The notes beneath the pieces were generated by a model, which was given only the letters and a program-made list of their open reading frames with translations, was not told where the DNA came from and did not search any database. This document shows positions 33,830 to 44,200 of a stretch of 64,000 bases of DNA, piece by piece (position 1 is the first letter of the stretch; the number at the start of each line of letters is the position of its first letter). Position numbers and translations under genes: made by a program. The stretch comes from Blastocladiella emersonii ATCC 22665 (lineage: Eukaryota > Fungi > Blastocladiomycota), in assembly GCA_025594325.1 (NCBI GenBank), contig JANHCV010000006.1, positions 124,001-188,000 on the forward strand. Direction: 5' to 3'.

Positions 33830-34810
33830 ATGACGAACGAGGCTTCCCCCTCCGCCCACGCTTCCAAAGTCCGCACCATGGGCATGGTCGGCTATGGCAA
33901 GTCGACCACGCTCAACCAGCTTCTCGGGTACAAGGAAGACCGCGGGGGCAAGCAGGTGATCAAGCAGGTCTTCGCCGCCGGATCGGCGGCCAAGGGGATC
34001 AAGACCAACATGGCCCGCCAGTTCAACGTCAACCCGACACTTCTCCCCGACAGCACCGACCTCATCGTTTCTGACTCGGAGGGCATTGGCAGCTCGGCCA
34101 ACGACAGCGTCCAGGTCGCCGACTCGATTCTGGAACTGCTCAAGAACGATCCGGCGACGCTGCTCATTGTCCATCGTTTCCACCGCACCGACATGCCGTT
34201 CGTCCGGGTGCTCCAGATGCTCAAGGTTTGCACCAACATCAGTTCCAGCAACTGCTTCCTGTTGCTTACTTTTGCTCAGGACCACGACATCGAGGTGTCT
34301 TCGTTTGATGCCGACCCGAGCCGGTTCTTGGATGAGCTCAAGGCCAACCACGGCATTGACTTTTTCGACGCGGAGCACAACGTCATGTGCATTGATATGG
34401 ACTCGCGTGCTGCCAAGATCCCCGAGCTCCGTACCCAGCTCCTAGCCCGCATGCCCGTCAAGGCCAGCATGACGTACTTGGAACTGGTTGCGCTTGCCAG
34501 CAACAACCACAGCAACGCGAGTGACGCCGTGAGCAAGCTTCGGAAAGAGCTCGCGGACGCTGAGTCTGACCGCGGCTGGCACGAGCAGCGCATCAAGGAC
34601 CTCAACATTGCCATTGCGTCGACTGGTTGGATTCCGTTTGTTGGCACCATCTCGGCAGCGGGCATGGCTATTGCCGTTGCGTCAAGTATCGACAGCGTCA
34701 AATCGCTCAACAAGAAGATTGCGGACCTCAGCAAGAAGGCTCAGAACGGACGTGAGTCCCAGGCTCACTACTTGGCCAAGCTCAACGAGTACAAGGCCAT
34801 GATCCAGTAG
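33830..34810 (+). CDS. AIG1/GIMAP/septin-like TRAFAC GTPase with C-terminal coiled coil-hydrophobic segment-coiled coil (326 aa, intronless)
   Basis: G1 GMVGYGKST, G2 Thr (GIKTN), G3 DSEG, G4-like LLTFAQD; hydrophobic IAIASTGWIPFVGTISAAGMAIAVASSI flanked by heptad-rich helices. Confidence 0.75.
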   Translation: MTNEASPSAHASKVRTMGMVGYGKSTTLNQLLGYKEDRGGKQVIKQVFAAGSAAKGIKTNMARQFNVNPTLLPDSTDLIVSDSEGIGSSANDSVQVADSILELLKNDPATLLIVHRFHRTDMPFVRVLQMLKVCTNISSSNCFLLLTFAQDHDIEVSSFDADPSRFLDELKANHGIDFFDAEHNVMCIDMDSRAAKIPELRTQLLARMPVKASMTYLELVALASNNHSNASDAVSKLRKELADAESDRGWHEQRIKDLNIAIASTGWIPFVGTISAAGMAIAVASSIDSVKSLNKKIADLSKKAQNGRESQAHYLAKLNEYKAMIQ

Positions 34811-36320
34811 ACGACGCGTTGAAGCGGCGCAGCGAAGTGCAGCGCCGCATGGTTCTGACTTGCATTTCCCTACTTTACAGGGTAGTACTCATATCGAATA
34901 TACACGGTCAAAATTTCTTCTTCGCGGGAATGATGCATTGAGAAACAACCACATTTTTCTCGTTCACGTTTCAGCAAATCAGCGGTTTTGCTGGAGATAC
35001 AGCGCAAGCGGGTGAGGGAGTGTGCGGCTGCTTCCGCGGGTAAGTGTGGCGCGACGCGTCCGATCCGGGACACAGGTGATATCGCGACGCGTCTCCCGCG
35101 CCTCCCGCCGCCACGCGTGCTGCTGGCCGAATTGACAAAATGGGGCCTCGCAAAATGGTCCGAAAGGTAAAAACTAATGATCAGGTCACGAGGTCGTGGA
35201 ATAAAAGAGTGCGGGCAGCTGATACGTTCAGGAGTGACTGACATTCTTCAGTCTGAGACAGAGGAATGCATTGGATATGATTCCCGGATGATCGACACAG
35301 GGGTCGACCACCGGGTACCCAGCGCACCGTGTCCCAGTCAGTGGTCTCATCCCGACCCTTGCGTACCAACGCCCCGCATCTTCTTGTTTGCAAACCCAAA
35401 ACAAGTTACCAACGAGGAGCGCGTCACGCGCACCGTCGAAGCACCAAGAGCATTTGGCGATGGGTTAACAACTCTGGAGCCGACACCAGCAGCGGCCCGT
35501 TTCCGACTTGGTCGACTTCCTCGTTCAGCCAAGGAGGCAGTCAGGCGACCAGGGCTGTTCTTAGAACTTGCGGAGCTGCACCGTTTCGACATCACCTTCC
35601 GTCGAGAGGGAACGTCGTACTGGGCTGACATCCAGAACAAATCCACAATTATTGCGATCAGGCTTTGCTCAAGGCGCGGAACTCGGTGCGTGACGCGTAA
35701 AACATGAGACCCGCCGCGAAGTACGCTCGCTGGCTCGGACTTCATCCTCGATTGCGTCGATCTTGACCGCAACAACTTCGTGACGAACGTACCAATTTCT
35801 TGGCGGGAGCTGGCCACTGATGGCGACGGGCAGATCCTTTGTGACTGATGTCTGTTCAGTTGTGGACAATGCTCCCAATGGACACCAATCATGATGGACA
35901 GCAGCGGCCGAGGTGTTTTGTGAGCGACTCGTCCATCGCTCCCGCTGTCCGGGATAGCGACGAAATCCCCTTTGAAGTCTGGATAGTGGTGTCGCTTGCT
36001 GTGCTGGTTGAAGAACGACTGAGCGTCTCTGCTTGTGGTTTTGACGTTCAGGGACCATGCCTCAGCGTTGGCTGCTGTTGCTGGCATACGCGGCGATCTG
36101 TACGATTTGTAGTCGCGCCATGTTTAGCGCGTGATCGTTCAACAGCAGTAAACTCTTTCAACGAGTTGTATCGCAGTGCGGCGGCGGAGTTTCTTTGCTG
36201 AGGATCAGCGAGCGCATTAGCTCGATCAGCGCTGTCAGCAGGTCCGAGTGAGCGAGAACCAAGTCCAAGGCAGACAGCACGTGGGGCAAATGATCATATC
36301 ATCTATTACCACACGACAAA

Positions 36321-39300
36321 CTACGCCCGCAACGCGCGTCGCACGTACTCCCACACAAGGATCGCCGCCGAGTTGTGCACGTTGAGCGAGCGGGTGTTGC
36401 CGAGCTGCGGGATCTCGATACACACGTCAACGATATCACCCGCCGCAAGCAGGTCCGCGGGGACGCCCTCCTTCTCCTTGCCGAGCAGCACGATCACTTT
36501 GGCGGGCATCTCGCCCATGGCATCGAGCCGGACCGACGCCGACGTCTGCTCGAGCGCGACGACGGTGTAGTGGTGTTCGCGGCGCATGGTGCGGAGCCAG
36601 TCGGCGAGCGCGGGCCCGCGGGGCACCTCGACGAGCGGGAGATGTCGGTCTGCACTGACGGCGAGCGCGCGGAACGTCGGGTCGTCCTGGACCCGTGCGC
36701 TGTGCACGGCGAGCGCGCGCACGCCAAAGATCTCGCACGTCCGCGCGAGCCCGCCGAGGTTGGTCGCGAGATCAACGAGCGACGCGCACACGATCAGGTC
36801 CAGGCGGCCGCGCGCGCCGCGCGTCCGGATCGCCGCCTGTAGCCGCGTCAGCTTGTCCTCGTCCGACACGGGCTTGGCGTTGGTGTCGCTGGAAACGGCC
36901 TCGCCCGCCGCGTCCGCGTGCAGCATCGTCGCCATGGCCGCGTTGATCTTGCGCTGCACGGGCATCGCGGGCGTGTTGGCCGTGTCGATAGTCGCCGTGG
37001 GCGCCGGGGGCTGCACCACAACGGAAGCGGCTTCTGCGACCATGTTGCGACCGCCCTTCTTGGCGCCCGCGACAGCTGCCGTAGCCGCCGCCGAGTCCGC
37101 GATCCGCGCCGACGCGGGTGGGGCCGATGTCACCGCAACGGGCTGCGCGGCGACCACGTCGGGCGCCGTGGGCGCGATGGTCGGGTCCTCGATCGCGTCG
37201 TGGCGGAGGTACACGGTGCGGGTCGGGTCAGCGAGCGCGACGATCGCGCCGCCCTCGTCCTGCGGCACCACGCCCGCGAACGCGCGCGAAGAGATAAACT
37301 CATCGGGCGCCGTGTCGGTAGCGAGGCGCGGGAGCATGTGGAAGACAAACTCCCAGGTGCGGTCGCGTACTGGGTGGAAGTCGTTGGCGAGGTAGGCGGC
37401 GAGGAGGTACTTTGCGTTGAACTTGACGCAGTCGCGGTTGGTGCGGGTGTACGCGACGAGGGCGGCGAGGTCGGGGCGGCCGAGCAGCGCCGCGAGCGCC
37501 GGGTGAGAGTCGCGGCGCCGCTCGCACACGGCCCAGGTCCGCCCGAGCACCCACTGTGCGTGCAGGCGCACCGTGAAGTGGTTGGTCGCGAGCCACGGCG
37601 TCGTGTGCAGGAACACGAGCGTCGCGAGGTCGGCGAGCGCGCGCGGGACGTCCACAGGGTTGGCGGCGGCGCCGGGCTGGTCGACCCAGTCGTCGAGCGC
37701 GCGGACCAGGTGTGCGACGACGGCCATCTTGGACGCGACCGTCGACGCGCGGTCGTTGTACTTGGTCAGGTCCGCAAAGACGCGCGGGACGCCCGCGTCG
37801 AGGTTGCGCAGGACGAGCAGCGCGAGGAGCCACTCGTAGTACGGGCGCAGGTTGATGGCGGGCTCGGCGTCGAGCAGGCCCGCGACCGCTTCCACTAAAC
37901 CGGGCGCGGCAGCGGTGGGGACGCACGCCGGGTGGCCCGCGAGCACGAGAAGCGTCGACAGCAGGCGCAGCTTGTGGCGGTTCGGCCCCTGGTTCGGGAA
38001 CTCGAGCCGCGGGTGCAGCTGCGGGTCGTTGACGAGCACGTCCATGAGCTTGGCGAACAGCGCGGGCCCGTGGACCGGGTGCGCGCCGAGCCGCGCCGCG
38101 AGGTCGTTGGCGAACACGCGCACGCGGTAGTCGGTGTTGGCGCCCATGCCGTCGGCGTCGCCCGAGGACGGCGCCAGGACCGCCTCGAGCTTGCCGAGCC
38201 ACACCGTCTCCTGGCGCTCCTCGTCGCGGTCGCGCGCGGGCCCGTACTTGAGCCACTCGACGATCGATCCCGAGTACGCCATGACGAGGTCCATGTCCTG
38301 GGCGAGCGTGGCGTGGACGGCCGCGACGGCGCGGTCGACGACGCCAAACTTGGTCGCGCCGAGCGCGAGGATCTTGCCGAGGTACATCTCGACGGCGGGC
38401 CGCATCGTGGGGTTGCGGACGAACCGTGGCGCGGCCACGAGGTCGAGGAACGCCGGGTACAAGATACCAAAGTGGCGCGGGATCGAGGCCGCGGCCGCGA
38501 CGAGGTCCCACGCGACACCAAGGGCGCGCGAGAACTGCTCCGCGGCACCGTTGTCGTCCATGCACTGCGCGACGCACCGGATCAGCGGCGCGCTGCCCTC
38601 GCGGTGGTCGTTCTCGATCTCGTCAATCAGCGAGTCGACGAGGTACGCCCGCGCGCGCGACCCGGGCTCGGTCAGCGCCAGGACCAGGTCCCACTTGGCC
38701 GACGTGAAGTGTGTCACGAGGTCATTCCACGGCACGGTCGTGGCGGCGGAACCTGTGGGCCGCGTCAGCGTCGCGGTCAGGACCGCGGATACGTTGAGCG
38801 CGGCAGCGCCAATACCCGCGAGGACGGCGCCGCGCGTCTGTTCGGTGGCGAGAAGGTGGCGCAGCGTCACGACGGCCAGAATGCGGGACAACTCCGACTC
38901 GATTCCGCCCGACGCCGGTGCGAATAGCGTCTCGTACGCCGCCGTGGCGATGGAAGCCGCGTCCATGAACCGGGCAAACACGGGGGCCGCGCGCTCGTAC
39001 AGCTCGAGCGCGAAGTGGTCGTTGACCTTGCGCGTGGCCATGGCGAGGTACGCGGCAACCTCGTTCCCGACGGTCTCGACGAGAGCGGTGTCGCCGAGCG
39101 AGACCACGAGCGCGATGCGGAGCTCGGGGACACCCGGCGCGAGGTACGGGTGCGTGTAGACCTGGGCCGCGAGCTCGGCGATCTCGACGGTGACGGCAGC
39201 GCGGTCCGCGGAGTCGAGGCAGGCGACGAGCCGCGCGAGCCACGCTGCGTCCTTGACAGCGACCTCGAGCGCGCGCGGGGTCGTCAGGTACTCGGCGACG

Positions 39301-41050
39301 TGCGAGAGCGCCGCGTCGCCGATTCCGGCGTGCGCGCGGACCCAAGCGGCGAGGTCCGGGTGGTCAAAGTACCGCAGCGACGCGAGGACCGGGGCGACGC
39401 AGGACGCAGGCTCGGCGCCCGCAACGCGCTGGGTGCGCACGAGCACGTCGACGACGAGCCGCTCGAGGAGGCGGCGCGAGTTGTCCGAGATGGGCGACAT
39501 GTTTCTGCACAGCTTGGCAACCTCGGTTGCGCCACCGGGCAGGGCGAGCGGGGTCTCGGCGCACGTCTCGGCGACGCCCTGGAGCCCAAACAGAAGGAAC
39601 ACGAGCGAGCGTGTGTCGCGGAGGCGCGGGAATACGAGGTCGGCGAGCGCGGCGCGGCGCGTGAGAAGCTGGGCCCAGAACCGCGCGACTGACTCGCCGA
39701 ACGGGCTGGCGAAGGCGCCCTGCACGTTGACGGCGTACAGGACCGTGGGCTCGGTCGCGGTGATGAAGCGGCCGAGGAACGCGGGCTGCGCGGCGAGCGC
39801 GTCGAGGGCGGGACCCCGCGTGTCGAGGATGAACTGCATTACGAGCTTGCGCGAGGCGAGCGAGTCGTTGAGCAAGCCGTGCTCGAGGACGACGAGCCAC
39901 CAGTCGATGGGCAGCGGCGAGGCGGCGAGGTGCGTCTCGAGCATCGGGAACGCGGTGCGCACGAGGTGGTGGTAGGACTCGGCGACGAAGTCGTAGGTCA
40001 GGAAGAAGGCGTCCCACGCGGCCTTGAGCTTGGGGTCCTGCAGCGGGAACAGCCGGCTCGTCGCGCCGTACGTGGCGCGCAGCCGCGCGGGCATCTCGCA
40101 CACGAGCTCGGCGAGGTGCTTGACGGCGTGCAGCGCAAACTTGCGCGGGGCCGGCTCGGCGTGCACGAGCGCGGTCATGAGGAGGGCGAAGAAGGAGTCG
40201 TCGCCGAGCACGCGCGGGAGGACGACCGGCGACTCGAGGACGGGGAGTAGAGCGGCGACGAGCTGCGGCGCGTCAATGGCGACGGCGGGCGAAGGTGCCA
40301 TGTCGAGGAGCCGGCGGTACACGGTGTCGACGTGCGCGGCGGCCCACGACCCGCGCGACTGCAGCTCGCGGACGAGAACGGGGAGCAGCGCAATCGCGGC
40401 GCCGCGGACCTCGCGGTCAAAGCACACGACGGCCGCGACGGCGATCTCGAACAGTCGGTTGATGGTGCTGGCCTGCAAAGCAGCAGCCGACTCGGCGAGC
40501 AGGCGCGATGCCATTTCGAGGCCCTCGGCGGCATCCTGGAAGAAGGCCAGCGTCGAGGCAGGGGCAATCGTAGCGAGTGCCGACGGGAGCGGGATGAAGA
40601 ACGAGTGCTCGGCGAGCGATGCCGCGAGCTGCACGACAAAGGCGTCCTGGTGCCCTGCGTTGCGCGCGAGGAACAGGCCGTAGACGGACTCGAGCAGCGC
40701 CTTGCCGTTGGCGTCCAGCGCGTCGAGTCGCTGGTAGACGGACTGGAAGCTCAGTAGGAGCGTATCGAGCGTGTCCTATACGTCCCGTCGTGTGAGCGCT
40801 GGCCTCGTCCGCTCTGCGACGGGATCACGCGTACCGCGGGAACATCGTGGGTGTCGAGCGTTGCCTTGAGGAGATCGTGGAGCGGCTCGAGGGACGACTT
40901 GTCGGTCGCGGCAGCGCACTGCTCGCCAAAAAGGGCGGCGAGCTGGCCGAGCGGCAGCGCCTGGACGAGCTGCCGTGTCAGCGGATCGAGCGGTTACATT
41001 CGTGATTCATGGAGTTCATTTACCCTGGCGACGCTTGCGAGGACTGACAT
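36321..41050 (-). CDS. TRM3: tRNA (guanosine-18 2'-O)-methyltransferase Trm3/TARBP1 (exons 41050-41024, ~40972-40835, 40775-36321)
   Basis: C-terminal SpoU domain LIVCASLVDLATNLGGLARTCEIFG...LLGKEKEGVP...IEIPQLGNTRSLNVHNSAAILVWEY after a long helical N-terminus. Two upstream introns reconstructed with canonical sites. Confidence 0.9.
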
Positions 41051-41268
41051 GGTCTTTCCAGATGCGCCTCGCCTCGCTGCAGGGGTCGGCGGTGCCTCGA
41101 TCGGCGGCGCAGTCGGTGGGGCGGCGGGCGCGTCGCGTCGCTCGGCCGGTCGCGTGAGCGGCGTGTGAGCCGTTGCCGGGTGCCGCCGGTCAGCCGCCGG
41201 TCTCACCCCGAAACGCGCTGCTCATCGCGCGTCCACTTGTCGCTCTCCGTCTCCCACGCTGGCACTCC

Positions 41269-42435
41269 ATGAAACCTGCAATGAATCCTAAAACCTACGA
41301 CGGCCCCGGTTCGCGTTCAACCCGGCCTGCCTCGCTGCTTCCCAACGCGCACCCGGCCAACCCGCAACGCACGCCGCGCGCGCCGTCCCCTCGCCCGCGT
41401 CGCGCCGTGTCCCCGGTGAAACCACCCGCCGCCGCCATGCCATCAACCAGCACTTATCCACGAGTCGATGCCGCGACGGTTGACCGATGGGCCTTCTACC
41501 AGGCCCTTCTCGACGTGCTTGCCACGGAGCACGCCCGCGTGCCGCTGCCCGACACGCCGCTCCCGTTTGCCGCGGCTCCCGGCGCCATCGAGCTTGTGGA
41601 CGCGATTATGGGCATGGTTGACCGCTCCGCGACGCGGCGGTTTGATGCCTATAACCTCGGCCACAACTCAGCGGTATGCCTGCGCCAGATCTCCATCCAT
41701 GCAGCGCTCCGCAAACATGCTGCTCCGAACGCTTCCGCGACTTCCTCGACCGCCACAGACGCGGCTATCCGCTCCGCGATCGCCGCGCTCCTTGCTGGCG
41801 TCGCTGACGGCAGCGTACCGGCTGTGATTTCAACAGGATTCACGCCTAAGGGCGGGAAAACACCGTTGCTGCTTCACCTGCCCTTCATCCGTCGCTCTCA
41901 CGAACGTGGTAATGTCTTTGTCACTTACAACATCGATGGCATGACCGAGTATCTGAGGGCCGTCCCGCGTGACTCGCGGCGTGGGCCTACGCCAGCCATT
42001 GCGCGCCCGCCCGCCTCGACATCTTCTTCTGCCGCCGCTTCAACGCCCAGTCGCAAACGCGCTGCTGACAAGGCGCTCGAGCATCCGGGCGCCAAGCGGC
42101 ACGAACCGCATCCCTCTCCGCGATCGCGGACGCCTCCTGCGTCTGCATCTGCTTCACTGCCCGGATCGTCTCGCGCACCCAATCTTTCCGCTGCCAGCGA
42201 ACACGAGACCCCGCCGCTTCCGCTTCCGTCTCTCGCTCCGCTTCCAGCAAGCTTCGTTGCGCGCGCGCTCGCTCCCCCCGCCGACCAGCTCACGTTCTTG
42301 CTCATCTCGTTTACGTACGCCAAGGCGACAGATCCGTCGAAAAAGGACGTGCTTGATGAACTGGCTGAGCGTGCTGCCCATCTTGGATGGTCGACGACCA
42401 AGTTCATGAGATTCCTCGGCCGCTTTCAGCTCTGA
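41269..42435 (+). CDS. Hypothetical protein (~388 aa), divergent from TRM3
   Basis: Long open frame with two globular-looking segments and an NLS-like RKRAADK; no family recognised. Confidence 0.55.
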   Translation: MKPAMNPKTYDGPGSRSTRPASLLPNAHPANPQRTPRAPSPRPRRAVSPVKPPAAAMPSTSTYPRVDAATVDRWAFYQALLDVLATEHARVPLPDTPLPFAAAPGAIELVDAIMGMVDRSATRRFDAYNLGHNSAVCLRQISIHAALRKHAAPNASATSSTATDAAIRSAIAALLAGVADGSVPAVISTGFTPKGGKTPLLLHLPFIRRSHERGNVFVTYNIDGMTEYLRAVPRDSRRGPTPAIARPPASTSSSAAASTPSRKRAADKALEHPGAKRHEPHPSPRSRTPPASASASLPGSSRAPNLSAASEHETPPLPLPSLAPLPASFVARALAPPADQLTFLLISFTYAKATDPSKKDVLDELAERAAHLGWSTTKFMRFLGRFQL

Positions 42436-42491
42436 AATGCGTTCTTTGTCATGTATATATTCAGTTTGATATCTTGTTAATGACCACTTGG

Positions 42492-42950
42492 CTAGTGCTC
42501 CTGCGGTACCCGGCCGCGGCTCTCCTCTTCGCGCATATCAGCCACGGCCTGGCGAAACGTCTCGCCGCCGCCCGCAAAGTAGACGGCGATGAGCTCGAGG
42601 AAAGTGAAGAAAAATTCATCGTCATCGCGCTTGGAGTGGCGCTTCCGTAAGGCGGCCTCGGCCGAGTGCTTTACGACAATGTTTGGGTCAGCAAGCTGGG
42701 AGTCGTGGCGGCTGTAGACGAGGCCCAGGCGGTACGCCTCGAGCTCGCACGTTGACTGCAGCACGTCGTAGAGGCGGTTCATCGTCTCCCAGTCAACATT
42801 CATGTGCTGCCACAGCTTCGACCACTTCATGGTCTTGGTCGCCCACATGTAGATGGCCAGGATGAGGTCCTGATGGACGCGCTCAGCCACTCACGTGAAA
42901 CACGCGATGACATTGATCGCTTCATCGCTTCGAGCTCAAGCCCAACTGTG
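42492..42950 (-). pseudogene. 5'-decayed second copy of the Merlin/IS1595-derived gene
   Basis: Aligns with 43066-43728 (LAIYMW...TCELEAYRLGLVYS...EFFFTFLELIAVYFAGGGETFRQAVADMREEES); the upstream zinc-ribbon region contains stops. Confidence 0.7.
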
Positions 42951-43065
42951 TTCAAAAGTGCGATGTATTACTGTAACATGTGGAGGCCGCCTCCTTCGCC
43001 CGCCTCGCCAATAATTGGCCAACAATTACGACCAGGTATATGCTTCTGCTGATCAAGCTGGCCCG

Positions 43066-43728
43066 CTACACTTGGACTTCCTGTGAGTCGCGTCCGTGGC
43101 TCTCCTCCTCGCGCATGTCGGCCACGGCCTGGCGGAACGTCTCATGGCCGCCAGCAAAGTAAACGCCGATGAGCTCGAGCATGAAGAAAAAGAACTCTTG
43201 GCCGCTGCCGTGCTTCGCGTGGTACCGCCGGAGGGCACATTCGGCCGAGAGCCCCGTGCTGACGTCCGGACCAGCGAGCGGGCGGCCCTGGCCGCTGTAC
43301 ACGAGGTTCAAGCGGTACGCCTCGAGCTCGCACGTTGTCTGCAGCGTTTCGTGGATGCGGGTAAGTGTTTTACCATTGGCTTCCATGTACCGCACGGCTT
43401 CGGACCAGGTCATGGACTCGGTCGACCAAAAGTAGATGGCCTTGGTGATGTTCCACATCGAGATTGTGTTAAACTCTTCGAAGAACGTGCCAGTGCGCAC
43501 GTTGACACAATTCTTGGTGCAGATGTGACACGCCCAGTAGGGCTTTGGCCATCTATCGGGGATGATGTAGTAGTTGGGGTCGTCGGGCGGCGGCGCGTGA
43601 TGCGGGCACAGGTCGCGCGGGCGGGAGATGATTCCGTAGTCGACGAGAAAGGGGATGAACTTGTCGTAGTCCGAAAGCAATCCGTAGAGGTCGGACAGTT
43701 GGAATTGCAATTTGACGGCGGAGGGCAT
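43066..43728 (-). CDS. Merlin/IS1595(ISXO2)-transposase-derived protein lacking the DDE core (220 aa)
   Basis: FL.DYGII...C...YWACHIC...VNVRTGTFFE...IT.AIYFWS matches the Merlin N-terminal zinc ribbon/HTH. LAGP then jumps to RRYH...EFFFFMLELIGVYF (Merlin C-terminal helix); no VEIDES or TD..GY motifs. Confidence 0.65.
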   Translation of the reverse strand: MPSAVKLQFQLSDLYGLLSDYDKFIPFLVDYGIISRPRDLCPHHAPPPDDPNYYIIPDRWPKPYWACHICTKNCVNVRTGTFFEEFNTISMWNITKAIYFWSTESMTWSEAVRYMEANGKTLTRIHETLQTTCELEAYRLNLVYSGQGRPLAGPDVSTGLSAECALRRYHAKHGSGQEFFFFMLELIGVYFAGGHETFRQAVADMREEESHGRDSQEVQV

Positions 43729-44200
43729 GATGAGTGTTTGCTGGTGCAGGAGTTGGTTGTTGAAGGAGCGGGGAAGAGCTTAGGACGTCCGTCTTGATGC
43801 ATTTCCGCAGCTATTTGGTGCACAAATGCGCCCGTCCAGCCGTGCTCAAGCGGGATGCATCCTGCATTGCACGCAAGCTGCACTCAGTCAGGCTTGCCAA
43901 CGCGCTCAGCCACTCACGTGAGTCCCGTGCATGTGTTCGTCGCGTCCTTGCTTCCTCTCTTTCAACGTAGGAACTCGAGACATTAAAGTGGTTCATTATA
44001 ATCTGAAGTTGCGTGTGTAATACGATCAGGGGCCCTATAAACGGCTGCCAACGTCTTGCTTCGCTCTGTGACTGAAGTCCGTTCAATGTGTGGAGAACAT
44101 CAACTCCCAAGCCGATGCTCGATACCCACCCATGCAACAAAAACACGAAACAAGTTGTATTGCAGAGCTGAAAAGAATCGACACCTAGTCATAATCGTTA

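Noticed and set aside
4760-36300. RIP-like or methylation-driven C-to-T mutation in pseudogenes
   Set aside because: Many stops could derive from CAA/CGA/CAG, but no intact references allow counting. The one alignable case (TGC to TGA in Merlin copy 2) is a transversion.
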